Below are positions 1 to 14,099 of a stretch of DNA of 64,000 nucleotides, piece after piece. The notes under the pieces are model-generated. The model was not told the DNA's origin. It did no database searches and saw nothing but the letters and a program-made list of their open reading frames with translations. Every line of letters starts with the position of its first letter. Position 1 is the stretch's first letter. Source of the DNA: Callorhinchus milii (Eukaryota); the NCBI RefSeq assembly GCF_018977255.1, contig NW_024704743.1:104906001-104970000 (forward strand). The letters are read 5' to 3'. Both the position numbers and the translations under genes were made by a program.

Positions 1-558
1 TCCTCCACGGTTCTGAACAACTGCTGGCCTTCATCAATAGTGGTCCTACTCGAATAAATGCAATTGTAAATATATTGCTCAACAAACTGATTTAATCTTC
101 CCACAGGATTTTTCTTTAACTTTATTGCATACATTAGATATCATATTAATTTAAATTCTTGTAAAAAGTTACATTGCACATACAATTTTATTGTGGACGG
201 TGGCAATGTTATTTCCCTATCCTCGCTAATTTCCCATCTCATTTTTCCTTTCTATGAGGGTTCAATTTCATGGGCAACAGTCCTCTGCCGGTACCTTTAC
301 CCAAGGGACCACTAAACAATGGGAGAGCTTGAGGTTACGTTTTTAAACCAAGGCATTGTTGAGCCAGGAAAGGAGGAAGGTTAAAAAATAGTTGACAATA
401 AAATCATGGTAGATGATCCAAAAACAATTTGTAGTATGTTTCCCTATTTTTTCCAGCTGTCCAAATTTCAAGTACATTCAGTCCATATCTCCAGTAAACA
501 AATGGATTGTCTACTCAAATATCACTGACAACTATGACGCTCCTTAGTGTTTATATGT

Positions 559-883
559 GTGGAGTCCTGTAGCTCAGTGGTTAGAGCACTCGCTTTGCAA
601 GCGAGAGACCTGAGTTCAATTCCAGGCAGAGGGCGAAACCTTGGGCAAGTTTCCTTACTCCACACAGAGCCTAATAATAATCCCTCCAAAACCAAAAACA
701 ATAATTAAATTGGTCATTTTCAATCTACGACTGTTTGTGGGACATTGCTGTGCGCAATTGGCTGCCGCGTTTGCCCACAAATATACAGTCAATTCACTTT
801 ACAGTGTATTCTGTGAAGCGCTTTGGGAAGTCCTCCCAACGTGAAAAGCGCTATATCAAATGCAAGGATTATTATTATTATTA
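559..883 (+). mobile_element. Full-length tRNA(Ala)-derived SINE with Deu-like body, L2-type 3' stem-loop and (ATT)n tail
   Basis: A-box TAGCTCAGTGG; anticodon arm CTCGC-TTTGCAA-GCGAG; B-box GAGTTCAATTCC; body tgtgggacattgctgtgcgcaattggctgccgcg. Many copies occur in the window. Confidence 0.9.
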
Positions 884-1249
884 TATACTCTCAAATAGAA
901 TGCATTCCTCTAAATGAGAACTGACAAAACTGATTGTGTACTTTCGAATGTTGCTCAGATAAAGCTTGGAAATAACAGTGTGAAAATAGCACAAGCCAAT
1001 ATACTCCTGGGCTGCTCTGTAAAAGTTCCCTTTGATCTTGGCAAGAGCTTATTTACAGCATTAAGCAACTAACAAAATGCAAGTCTCTCATTCACTTAGC
1101 TTTCTCAGTATTGTTTCGCACACAAATATACATTCAATTCACTTTACAGTATATTTTGTGAAGCACTTTGAGACGTCCAGAAGACATGAAAAGCACTATT
1201 TCAAATGCAAGGATTATTATTATTGTTTAATTCACAGTTGTGTTTATTT

Positions 1250-3335
1250 TTAAATGGACTATTCATAAGACAGACATTAAGGAATGATTACTGCAACAGA
1301 GTTATGATAAAGCGTATGAATTTTATTGAAAAATATTTTCCCAATGATCACTGTATACAGAAGCAATCAGTTATTTATTCAAACCGATTTTCATAGAACT
1401 ACTACTGTGAGTTTATTATTAGTAATTCTATAAAAGGAAACAAACTTAAACCACATTTTCAACAGCAAAGTAAACGCTTCTAAACATGAATTCATATCTC
1501 GACCAAAACGTTACACAAAATTACACACCTATGAAAATACATCTATTGCTTGTTTAGCTACTGTTTTTAATAGATCAATTGATAGTGCAGAAAAAAAGTT
1601 CCCCCTCCCCCTCCCCCCAACATGTCTGTACAAAAGTTTAATATTTACCTGAATATCACTCCATCGATGTATTATCACCAAGATCACAATCCACCCTGGA
1701 TTTATAATGCTGGTACATCATTATAACCTATTGTACACAGTATCAATAAAAGATCAGTCAGTGCCCTCTCGCAGAGTTGTACACGTAAACAGTACCTAAA
1801 GATTCAGGAGAGGCGCAATGGAGCAGAGGCCTACAGTAAGCACATCATTGGCTATGGGGTACTGTACTAACCTGCTTAACAATTCTGACAATTTGGCTAC
1901 ATGATCCTCAAGGTCCCAGAGAGTTTGGTTTATTGGGATACCTACTATCCCGAAAATAATTCCAAAGCGACATTGAGATAACTGTCATTGTTCTCACACT
2001 GCAAGAACAAAAGTTCAGAAAATATAGTCGTAATGCAACTTTTTGTCAAAAAGCTTAAACATCTTGGCAAACAAGTTTCCAAAATTCTAAAGTGCATTTG
2101 CTATACAAGCATAACATAAGTTAAGCACTGCACATCCACGTACAAGTAATTGGACTATGGAACCACAGTTGGTTACCTCTGTCAATGCATGATCTGCCAG
2201 ATATTAATTAAAGACAATCCACACATTGGGGTCTAAAATGCAGCAACTTGTAATGAGAATCCGCTTGGCAACAACTCCCAAGTTGCAAAAAAAAACCACA
2301 TTCCATCCAATAATTAGAAATGCATCACATGGATTTCTGACCTGGAAATCCACTCTGGAGATATATGTATGTTGGACACAGTGACCAATTCCTACAGGTC
2401 AGCGTGACATACCTCTTGTGGTGGAAGATTTTATTGCTGCAATTTATACTCAAAAGTAAAGTAGTGATGCTACAACTAACTGCTCCTGTGTTACTAATCA
2501 GGTGTCTAAAACAACACAATCTCAAATGGGATTGCTTAATTAAGGAATGCCCTCCAACACAAATTGTGAGGCAGTGTGATGTACTTCCGGTTGCTGGACA
2601 GAAACCTGACTTGAATGTTAGTTAAGGTGTTCCTCAGTTAATAAATTCCCTTTGAAATTGTCACAATCTTAGATCCCATCTGTGGACACTTTTGAACTGC
2701 GTTATTTCAAAAGCCCATACTTACATCTTGCTTTACCATATTGAATTGAGTTGATACGGCTGCAGAAGTTAACAGATATACCGCTGACATATGTGGTATA
2801 TAGTACAGCTTACACATACAGGACTTAACAGAAAAATAGTAATAGTAAAACTTGCTAATTGCTCTAGCAAATCTGATTCACTACAAAAGTGTATCAAATG
2901 GTGTGCACTACTCAAATATTTAAAATTTTTACCCACCTTTAAAAATAAACTACTTTTCACCTCCTAATAGAAAATGTGAAATTCTTTATATCCTTGCTTA
3001 CTTATTGTGCTAATATAAGTCCCACAAGAATGATATATAGGGGCTGAAAGAATGTGGTGCCTGAACCTTTATATTTACTATTACCCAGTATCTGAACACA
3101 CCTAAACTGTGCCAGTAAAGAAACGCTTTAAGGTTTCTATGCTCTGTGTATTCAGGCCAAATCTATTATTATAGTTGTAATTATTAGTTGTAATGTCAGA
3201 ACCTTTGTGTTTCCATTAACGGTCTATATTGAGAGTGATTGGTCTAGAAAATGCTACATTGGACAACTCGAGAGAGAGAGAGAGAGAGAGATTTCAGTGG
3301 GCATTGTTCCCCTTAGGGTCACCATTGGTTCAATG
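1250..3335 (-). other. PCMTD1: Probable PCMTD1 3'UTR (end uncertain)
   Basis: AT-rich stretch with no recognisable TE after the stop codon. Minus-strand AATAAA hexamers (TTTATT on +) occur at about 1322, 1374 and 1412. Confidence 0.5.
3270..3291. repeat. (GA)n microsatellite in the 3'UTR
   Basis: Directly visible. Confidence 0.9.
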
Positions 3336-3721
3336 CTATTTTTGTCTATAATAAGTTAGGTATGCTTTTAATGATTCCGGTAGTGGGAGACTCATAATTC
3401 TCTCTCTCAGCAGACTTGGGGTAGACTCTTCCTGCTTGAGACCTTCAGAAATTTCTTTTTCCTCCTCCTCCTCCTCTTCTTCCTCTCTGTTCCCTTCTTC
3501 CATTTTATCATCCTCGTCGCTATCAAATGGCTGAGGAATTAACTGGTTGCCAACAAACACATAAGTATCAATTCTGCGCCTCCGGAGCTTCTTGCGTTTC
3601 CGCTTTGGTGGGGCCCTCGGAGGAATGCCCCTGGCCTGGATCTCCTGATTTATCAAGTTTCTAAGATTGCGCCGAATGTAAATTCGTGCCAAATCCTGAA
3701 GGCATCGCACAGATGCTGACG
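3336..3721 (-). CDS. PCMTD1: PCMTD1 last coding exon (exon 6), 386 nt including TAG; split SOCS box
   Basis: Acceptor ttttatttag|CG. Encodes the BC-box VRCLQDLARIYIRR, a basic stretch PPKRKRKKLRRRR, TYVFVGNQLIPQP, an acidic tract and the Cul-box LPLPESLKAYLTYYRQK*. The C-terminus resembles PCMTD1 rather than PCMTD2. Confidence 0.96.
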
Positions 3722-3889
3722 CTAAATAAAAGGTAAAAGGAAGCATATAATAATTCCACCAAAGCTTTAATGCAGTGAGTTGGACTTCATTATTTGGAAC
3801 ATAAACAAATCAATGGAAAACTATGATGTCTTCAATAGAAATGGAAACTTAAGCAGATTATCAATCGGACATGCAATATTGGTCAATCT

Positions 3890-4191
3890 ACAACAACAAC
3901 AACAAGATTCCATTTATAAAGCGCCTTTCACGTCAGGAGGACGTCCCAAGGCGCTGCACAGTTGGGTCATGACCCGAGCAGGGGGGAAATGGTCAGGGTG
4001 AGGGGAGGGAAGGGAGGGAGAGAGGAGGGGGGAAATGGTCAGGGTGAGGGGAGGGAAGGGAGGGAGCGAGGAGGAGGAAGAGAGTCGAGAGGGGAGCTGA
4101 AGGCACGGTCAAAGAGAAAGGTTTTGAGACCGGCCTTGAAGGAGGAAAGGGAGGAAGCAAGGCGAAGGCACTGGGGGATGGAGTTCCAGAG
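3890..4191 (-). mobile_element. Young L2-clade LINE 3' end (5'-truncated)
   Basis: End of ORF2 (LWNSIP...FKAGLKTFLF), 3' stem-loop and (TTG)n tail. Confidence 0.9.
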
Positions 4192-5364
4192 TGTACTTCC
4201 AATGTTAAGATTTGCAGTGTTTACTCGTGTCCTGTTACACAACACCGATTTGTATTGAAAAGAAGCCTCCCTTAAGAATGAATACTTGTTGAAAACAAAG
4301 GTTAAATTCCAAATTTTCCTCTTCCCTGTCAATGCTCACACATGAATAATGGGAACTTGGATGAGATATCCTTTCGAATTAAAACAAAAATGAAGGAGGC
4401 CACTTAGCTTTAAAGATGAACTGAACTATACCAAATATTATAGGCACATTACTTCATACAAACCAACTGAAAAGCAAGCTGAAAATTAATAAATACATTT
4501 CAGGGTTTGGAAACGTACGAAGAGAATTGACAAACAAAGAGATAAAAAGAACAAGGACTATCACACACATGACCACCAGGTGAGGAAAGTATAGGGCATC
4601 AGAGAAGGAAAAAGGAAGAAGTGTGATCAAGGTAAGAGAGACCGTGTGTGCAAAATGATTTTTAAATAATCCCCCCCATTTCATGTTTTAATTTAGTATT
4701 TTTCTCTTTGCTTAAAACTTTCATATTATTTTCCTTCTGCTTTTATTGTGTTATTTTCACCTTCTGATGTCTTGCATTGTTCACTTCCTAATGCAGCAAA
4801 CCTTTTTGCTAGAGAAATATAACAGAGGAAGACAATTCAATAACCCCTTTCTCCACCAAAGTCTACCAACTGAATAGTATTGCTGCAGAGCAGAACAAAT
4901 TCAGCCAGAAACAATCAGCAAACTTCTTTCGTTTCCATAAACTGAACGTCACTCGAGTATTTGGAAACAGCATCACAACAGTCAATCAAGTTTGAGTCAG
5001 AAGAGTGAAAAAATAATCCAATGCTTTCCTCCTGTGCTAGCAACTATTGATTAAGACTTATAGTGCACAAATGTGTGTTGCAATATTGGAAGGCTCTTTT
5101 TGACATTTTAAATACTTACAATCCATAATAAGTATGTTAATACTGGGAGTATACTGATACTCCTCTGTCAGATTGTGGGGCTATTAAAAAGTATACTCGT
5201 TGGAAGTTCACAGTGCAGGCTATAAAAATAAATAGATTTCATTAGACCTTAATGAGTTCTAACTATGCCATTTAGCCTTAATTCAGCATCATTCCAAATG
5301 AATGAAATATTTCCAGCCCATGCAATAAAATACATTCTTTCCTTAAAAGATTCTGAATACTTAC

Positions 5365-5488
5365 GTAGCCCTACATTGTCTGATTTTAAGCTATCTGTCC
5401 GGCTTGGTTGGATCAGAGGAGCAAATGAAACAGCCAATATATTTTTGGTTTCCCATGTGTTCTGTCCCGTGCGTATTATCTGGGTAAG
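5365..5488 (-). CDS. PCMTD1: PCMTD1 coding exon (exon 5), 124 nt
   Basis: Encodes LTQIIRTGQNTWETKNILAVSFAPLIQPSRTDSLKSDNVGL. Acceptor ctgcag|CTT; donor CTAC|gtaagt. Confidence 0.96.
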
Positions 5489-6451
5489 CTGCAGAAAGGG
5501 AAGAAATACAATTAGTGACACAATCTAATCTTTTATGTTATTTCTAGGGTTGCTGGAAATAGTAATTTTATTTTTTCAGATTTGTGTCCGATAAATCTAA
5601 TGGTTTTTATCTATTTTTTCCACAACAATTTTTGTACAGAGAACACAAATCAGAGACAAATCAACAGTTGCAATACTTAGTGCCTGCATCATATTTAGTG
5701 TATGCATACTCTTGATTCCTGCACTAAGGACACAAGTAGCCCCTTCATTCGATCGCACACCTGTTCCTCATCCTCAGAATTGAATCATACTCATGTTTTT
5801 AAAATCAGACAACCTATGGCTCTATCAACCAGCTCAATTGATCACATGTTAATCCTTCTCAGAATCAACTCAGTTTTAATTGTACACCCAGTAGTCCTGC
5901 AAGCCAAGAATCAGACACCCGGATCTCCTCAGCTGGCTCAATGAAAGTGCATGTTTCGGACATCCCCTAGTGAGTTTCTCTCACTATAAGCTTGGAATTT
6001 TGGCAACAACTTTTCTTGCTAGAAACTTGTTGGTAATTATAAGAAAAAAAAGGACTGAGAGTTTACAGACCAGTGGCCTCATACTGTAAGGGACTAGGTG
6101 GAAGAAAAGAAAGGAAAAATATTTTTTTTCTTAAAGCTAAAGGGTGCAAAAACCAACGGAATTCCATTCAGAGCCTCCTTTGGAAGTTTTCTGACTTTAA
6201 GTGCATAATAAATGAGATATGTCATCTGAGCAGAGTTCCAGCAGGTTGGGATAAAAGACTTTGGTGCTTGTAAAACGGAATAGTTTCGAACTCTTTGATG
6301 AATCTCCAAAAGTTACTTCCTATTGTCTCAAGACATTTATTCCACATTCCAGGATACATCTAAATCCTGATTATTTAGGTTGATAAATAAATGAGAATCA
6401 ACACTTTTATACACACACACGCACTGTATTTGGCATATGCATACAGACTTA

Positions 6452-6712
<261 letters not shown>

Positions 6713-6996
6713 TCAAATTGTAGATATAGTAAACTGAACATGTCTAGCAATGCCAACATTTACGTACGTCGCTTTACGTAGGATAACATTTTGGAGCACT
6801 GTACAGTGGCAGAGCTAGATGCCAACCAAAGAAGAAGGTGGAGGGAGGTGACCATAGAGGTCAAAGAGGCAAGCTTTGGGGTGCGATTTATTGTATTAAA
6901 CAAAAAACATAAATGTAACAGAAACGATGTAAGGAGCGAAGGAGAAAGTTCAGAACAGTATTGGTACAATGGACTGTTAAATGGTAATTTAACCAT

Positions 6997-7866
6997 CCTC
7001 AGGCGCTGACACCATCAGCATCCAAGGCTGCACTCTCCACCTCTCAAAGCCAGTCAGGAACCTCGGCGTTTTGTTCGACCCTGAGCTGTCCTTTCTCCCT
7101 CACATCCGCACCACAACTGGCACCGTCTTCCATCACCTCCGGAACATCGCCAGACTACGGCACTACCTCACCCCTCACGCTGCTGAAACTCTGGTTCACG
7201 CCTTTGTCACCTCAAGGCTGGACTATGGGAACTCTCTCCTCGCCGGCCTTCCCGCCACCTCCCTCCACAAGCTGCAGGTCATTCAGAACTCTGCAGCTCG
7301 TGTACTGTCCCGCACCAGTGACCACATCACTCCCACCCTCGCTCGCCTCCACTGGCTCCCCATCCCCCAGAGGATCGAATTCAAGATCCTCATCCTCACC
7401 TACAAGGCCATTCACGGCCTTGCTCCCTCCTACCCCTCCAACCTACTATCCCCCTACCTACCTGCCCGTACCCTCCGTTCCTCTGGCTCCAGTCTGCTCC
7501 ACGTCCCCCGCCCCAACCGCCCTACAATCGGTGGTCGGGCCTTCAGCCTCTCAGCCCCCAGGCTCTGGAACTCCATCCCCCAGTGCCTTCGCCTTGCTTC
7601 CTCCCTTTCCTCCTTCAAGGCCGGTCTCAAAACCTTTCTCTTTGACCGTGCCTTCAGCTCCCCTCTCGACTCTCTACCCCCTCCTCGCTTCCTCCCTTCC
7701 CTCCCCTCACCCTGACCATTTCCCCCCTCCTCGCTCCCTCCCTTCCCTCCCCTCACCCTGACCATTTCCCCCTGCTCGGGTCATGACCCAACTGTGCAGC
7801 ACCTTGGGACGTCCTCCTGACGTGAAAGGCGCTTTATAAATGGAATCTTGTTGTTGTTGTTGTTGT
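6997..7866 (+). mobile_element. Young L2-clade LINE, 5'-truncated, with the ORF2 C-terminus still open
   Basis: ORF 7071-7715 contains RNLGVLFD...AFVTSRLDYGNSLL...HWLPIPQRIEFKIL...LWNSIP; (TTG)n tail. Confidence 0.93.
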
Positions 7867-7977
7867 AATAGCAATCTCTTTTTTAAAAAAAAAGGACTAA
7901 CCTCAGACTGGAAGAAAGATTGGTTACAAAATCTAGTTGCAAATAAACTGTGCTGATCTCAGATGAGGCCTTACTTA

Positions 7978-8124
<147 letters not shown>

Positions 8125-8944
8125 TTAATGATACTGAAATGAAATAATGGTAACCTGTGCTGCAGATCACATTCTGAAGCAATTATTAACTTGCACCAGA
8201 AATTAAAGTTCACATTCTTATTGAATATTAAAATCTTCCATTGAATAACAAAAACAATCCACTTTCAAAGTAGTGCATCCCTTTTCTAAAACAGCACCTG
8301 CAAACTTGGTGAATGAGATTTTTTTTAACAATTATGAATTTATTTTCTTGGAATAAACCTCTTTCAGCCTTTAAAGCCCCTGGTTCCACATCATAACCTA
8401 CAAAACCTTTTACATTTATATAGTATCTTTCATTTCAGGAAGATTTCAATGGAGGAGGAGAAGAGAAGATGACCGAAAGCACAATTAAAGACTTTATGAT
8501 ACACTGAGATAGTAGAACAAGAAGAGTTCACTCCAGTTAACTACTGGGTGTCTTGACTAACAGCTGTGAAAGACAAAATTACTCGTGAGCACTGCACCAG
8601 AAACATGTACATTGGAACTTTGATTAACAGTCACAGCGGAGGAGAACATCTCTATCCCATCTGTGGAGAAGTGAAGTTATCAAGGTTCCACTGTGAGTCC
8701 ATAGGTTTTTACATCAACTAGTTTGTTATTCAAAAAAAACTAAAACGTTTAACCAATTTAAAACACATCTTCCGAATTAGATTTTTATGTCAGGCTGTTA
8801 TGTACTCTGAGGTGCTGTCCCCCGTGAAGGCGCTATATAAATGCAAATTGTTGCTGTTGTAAATCAATCCACTGAGCAGATTTTAACATTACATCGATAC
8901 TGTAGCATCTTCCATCACTGTACTTCATTTTGTTAATCCCTACT

Positions 8945-9492
8945 ACTCAGCCTCCCCTACTCCTCCCTCCACAAGCTGCAGATCATCCAGAACTCTGCAG
9001 CCCGTGTCGTCTCCCACACCAGGCTCTGTGACCCTATCACACTCATCTTTGACCGGCTCCACTGGCTGCCCATCAGTCAGAGAATAGAGTTCAAGATCTT
9101 GGTCCTCACCTGCAAAGCCATCCACAGCCTTGCTCCTCTCTACTTCTATTACCTCTTAACCCCCTACTAACCTGTCTGTTCCCTCCGCTCAGCGGGCTCC
9201 AGCCTGCTTGATGTCCCCGCCTTGCCCACAACTGGTGGGGTGGGCCTTCAGCCTCTCTGCCCCCACCCTCTGGAACTCCATCCCACAGTCCCTTTGCCTC
9301 ACCCCATCCCTGGCCTCCTTCAAGATCCATCTCAAGACTCTCCTCTTCGACTGTGCCCTCGGTCACCCTCCTAACCCTGCCCTCCTAATCTCAACCACCA
9401 GCTTAGTTGCGGATCCCTGAATATCCAGCGCCTTGGGACGTTCTCCTGACATGAAAGGTGCTATACAAATGTAATTTGTTACTGCTGTTGTT
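8945..9492 (+). mobile_element. L2 LINE 3' fragment (further decayed fragments at about 9950-10190(-), 11480-11770(+) and 31830-32050(+))
   Basis: HWLP and LWNSIP motifs plus the L2 tail. Confidence 0.85.
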
Positions 9493-11817
9493 AACACAGA
9501 CAACCTATCTTTATGCAGGAGAAGGGTGACGTGTTCAGAAATAGAAGAAACAACAAGAAAGGCAGAAAAACTCATCACAGATCCACATTTGGTGTTCTAC
9601 CACAAATGTTATCACAATGTAATGCAATGATATCTGGTATAAATCAAGCAATTCAAATTATCCTTTCAAATTTTACACTCTGGGATTAATGGTCCAATAT
9701 ACAATAGCTTTTCAACTAAGTGAACTCAAAAAGCTATTAACCCAAATGTTATTTTTCCTGCAATTACGTAAGTAAATTAGACGTCAGTGTAAGATGACAG
9801 TGCACAGTCATATTCAAGAACCAGCCAGCGCTTTTCATATCTGGAGGTCTGAAGACGAACAAATATAAAATTCCATACAGTGAGCACTAAACATTGTTTT
9901 GATTATTAATACAACACAATTTCCATTTACAGACTTTCATGAGAAAAGGACATCTCAAAGTGCTAAAAATGCTGGATGAGCACCTGAGCTGGGGGTGGGA
10001 GCAAACGGGATGGGGAGGGGGAAAATGACTGAAAGAGCAGTCAAAGTGGTACGTGTTCAGATATGCTTCGAACGAGGGAAGGAGGAAGGGTATGAGTTGG
10101 AAGAACTCCACGATAGAGTTACAGACATTGGGGGCGGAATGCTTGCCTGCCAATGGTGGAGTAGATAGGGTGGGGGATATGAAGCAGGCCACAAATGTTC
10201 CCATTATTAAGCAAGGCAAGAAAGGGTAGTGGGAGCTAAATAGGGAGCTAAATAGCAGAAATGTACAGCTCAATATAATCATATGAGAACTGTACTATAG
10301 ATTAATGCATTATCCAGTATTAAAGGTTATATTATAGAATAATTACCTTCATTTTACTTATTCAAATGCTCCCTCTCATACTGCACTATTAATGTTCTTT
10401 CAATTTTTTTGCACACAAATTATACAGTACTAAAGTAGCATAACTCACATTTTACAGGCCTGAATTTTGATTCCCACCTGAAAACCTCTCCAGACCAGAT
10501 ACTGAATTGAATTTGATGTCAAAAACATCAGAATCAATATGATTAAACAGGTTCCAATTAACATTTGGATCAACCCTGAGGTTTTTAATGTATAAAACAG
10601 CAGGTGCATACCTGACTCCTTTAGTACTTAGCAAGCATTTTCACACCAGTTAACAGAGCTTAGCACATCCCATTTCCTGCTCCAATCTCTCTTCGACTGG
10701 AAGTGATATTCCATTGTTACTGTATGTTATATTAGCATTTTAACTGAACCTTTAGAATCATAAATATATTTTTTTTTAAAAAAACTGAGAAAGTGAAACA
10801 TTACACCAAAAACATCATGGACTAGCCTAAATATTTGCAAGTTCCAATGTAAGTCTGGAAAATCTTGGGGTCAACCATTTATTGTTTATTTTGGGGACGG
10901 GCAGCAGAACCTACAGTACACTGTGGGATGTCAGAGAAGATCCAAGCTCATGCTTGAAATTCCCTACAGAGAAAAGAGTGACCCTCAGCTGTGCCATTAT
11001 GTGGTGCAGAGAAAAATATTTCTATGCAGGTATTTAAAACGTAGGTCTCTCACCCCCAGGCTGTTCAGCGCCTTAGGACATCCTCCCGTCGTGAAAGGCA
11101 CTATACAAATGTAATTTGTTGCTATCATTCCTACACTCCCTAGAGGGTAGTTTTAGAATAGCACTGGTTGAATAGTTAGGGGGCAGAGAGATTTAAACAA
11201 TACATTATTGAATATCATTCCAGTGATACATTTCTGTAAAGATTTGTTATCAGCTTTAGCAACTAAGTCTTTAAAGATCATCCGATCGACATCCGCAATT
11301 CCAGTTTTATACTGTTAAGGTATTCAATTTCATACTTACCACATATTAAATGCCTCATCGTCCAGTGGATTGCATTCAAGATCCCAGTATTCACATCCAA
11401 ATTCCTCCAAGGCCTCTCCCCCTAAATCTCTGTGATTTCCTGCAATTCTACTGACCTAATTATTTTCATTGGTCAGAAAACACTGGCCCTAGCCACCCCA
11501 CCCATCGGTAGGCGAGCTTTCAGCCATTCTACCTTTGTACTTTTGAACTCCATTCAGGAGTCACTCTGACTCACCCCCCTCTCCCAACTTTTAATACCCA
11601 CCTCAAAACTTCCAAACTTACCTCTACGGCGGTGCTTTCAGGCATCTTCCTCCCCCGCACCCTCCCCCCACCACCACCCGGCTCAGGTGTCCGAGCTTCT
11701 GAGGTATCCTATCTGAGATAGGCTTTGAGATAACCTCCCAACATCAAAGGCCCAATATAGAAGTAAATTGTAAATTGGTAACTCTTTTCATTTGGTACAT
11801 TTAATTCACAAATTTCA

Positions 11818-12177
<360 letters not shown>

Positions 12178-13780
12178 TCAGATCCCCAGAATGTTAGACC
12201 AACTTAGCGAAGTGGACAATGCCTGAGCAAACACTGGCAGTAAATGACATCTCAGTTCATTGATCTGGGATGTTAGAATTTTAGCACAGCATCACAGTTC
12301 AATCAGTTAAAGGCTGCAAAAGACAACAAGGTGAAAAATCAATTAGACAAAGAAGTGCAATTAATTTACAGAAATTGGAGGTGAACCTTATTTCGTTGCA
12401 AAAAATAGTATTCCCTTAGCCCCATTCTGCAAGCTCCATTTTTTTTGTTTCCTCTCCTCCACCGTCCCAAATGGAAGAATTATTACTTATTAATTGGCAC
12501 GCTTCATAATCTCTTTTAAAATCCCCAGAGTTACAAGAGGAAGTAACTTATCAAAGTTAAACACTGCTGAACCAATTTTAATTCTATTCCATTTGTCAGA
12601 AGGAATACTACAATGTGGATCACTGATGCGTCCCTTCCTCATTGAACTTGAATTTGTGCACATGTTTACTTGCCTATGCTTATTTGTTCTCACAACCCCA
12701 GGAGATTGAAACATTCCAAAAACCACATGAAGTTGGACCAGGAAAATAACATTTTAACCATATCATTAAACCCAAACCCTCATCTTCCTTTTGTTACTTA
12801 ACCTGTTTTCTCTCCTTAAAGCATGAAGACAAAACTGTGAACAGATTTGCTTTGCTTCATCGGCTTAGCAGTCAAGGTCGCCACTGTAGCTATCCTGAAT
12901 TAAATCCTCTCTTTGAAGGTGTCTGAACGTGTTTTTGGACTTTGAGGGAACATAGAATCATACAGCACAGAAAGAGGCCATTTGTCCCTGTGCCAGCTCT
13001 TTAGAAAAGCTACCCATCCAGTCCCACTCCCCTACTTTTCCCCCATATCCTTGCAAGATTTTCCTTTTCAAGGACCTATTCCCTTTTGAAAGTTGTTATA
13101 CTACACAGAATTGATGGTTACAGAGTTATTAGTCACAACTGGTAACAGAGAAGAGCTTTGACAGCTAATTCGAGTTTTGAAGGCTGAGTGTAGCAGAAAT
13201 CAATTTTTTTTTACAAGCAATTATCAAATGGAACTGTCTTGAGGGGTTTTAGTAAAATCAAAGCAAAAGGGATTACTGAATAAGAGAAAGGTAATGCAAA
13301 TCATGTACTTTAGACCTACAAAAACCTACTGTAGACTAAAAATCTCTTAAAGGGTTAGACATTTTTTATGATTATGCGTGCCTTACCCTCCCCCTCCTTC
13401 CCTCCCAAGTCATTCAATTCATTATTGAATGTGAAGGACAATAACTCGAATATTGAAAATCTAGCACTTTAAAATGGCTGATCTGGGTTCAGTTTTGGAG
13501 ATAATCCCAATAGTTTAACGATTACTGGTCCTGAATTTTAAATAGACTGGCTTAGAATATTAGCACATGCAATGAATGAATGCCAAACTATTTTTCCTAA
13601 CTGCAAGTAGTGTTTGTTCTCAATGTAAAAAGGAGGGAGCTTATGTATAGGACAAGACCCAGGATTTGGAGTGATCAACACATAAAACTTTAAATGCCAT
13701 CCACAGAAATCTCATTCTTCAGTAAAGCCCGAGCGCTGGTTCCTGAGGCAGTATAATTATTAGAGTGGAACACTGTTATA

Positions 13781-14099
13781 ATAATAATAATAATCCTTGC
13801 ATTTGATATAGCGCTTTTCACGTCGGGAGGACGTCCCAAAGCGCTTCACACAACACACTGTAAAGTGAATTGACTGTATATTTGTGGGCGAACGCGGCAG
13901 CCAATTGCGCACAGCAATGTCCCACAAACAGTCGTGGATTGAAAATGACCAATTTATTATTGTTGTTGTGTTTTTGGAAGGATTATTATTAGGTGTGTGG
14001 AGTAAGGAAACTTGCCCAAGGTTTCGCCCTGCCTGGAATTGAACTTAGGTCTATCGCTTGCAAAGCGAGTGGTCTAACCACTGAGCTACAGGACTCCAC
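13781..14099 (-). mobile_element. Full-length tRNA-derived SINE (same family)
   Basis: Reverse-complement match to 559-883; flanked by the direct repeat cactgttataa. Confidence 0.9.

Noticed and set aside
561..635. tRNA-Ala(TGC) gene
   Set aside because: The acceptor stem is imperfect and the sequence continues into a multicopy SINE body and tail; it is a SINE head.
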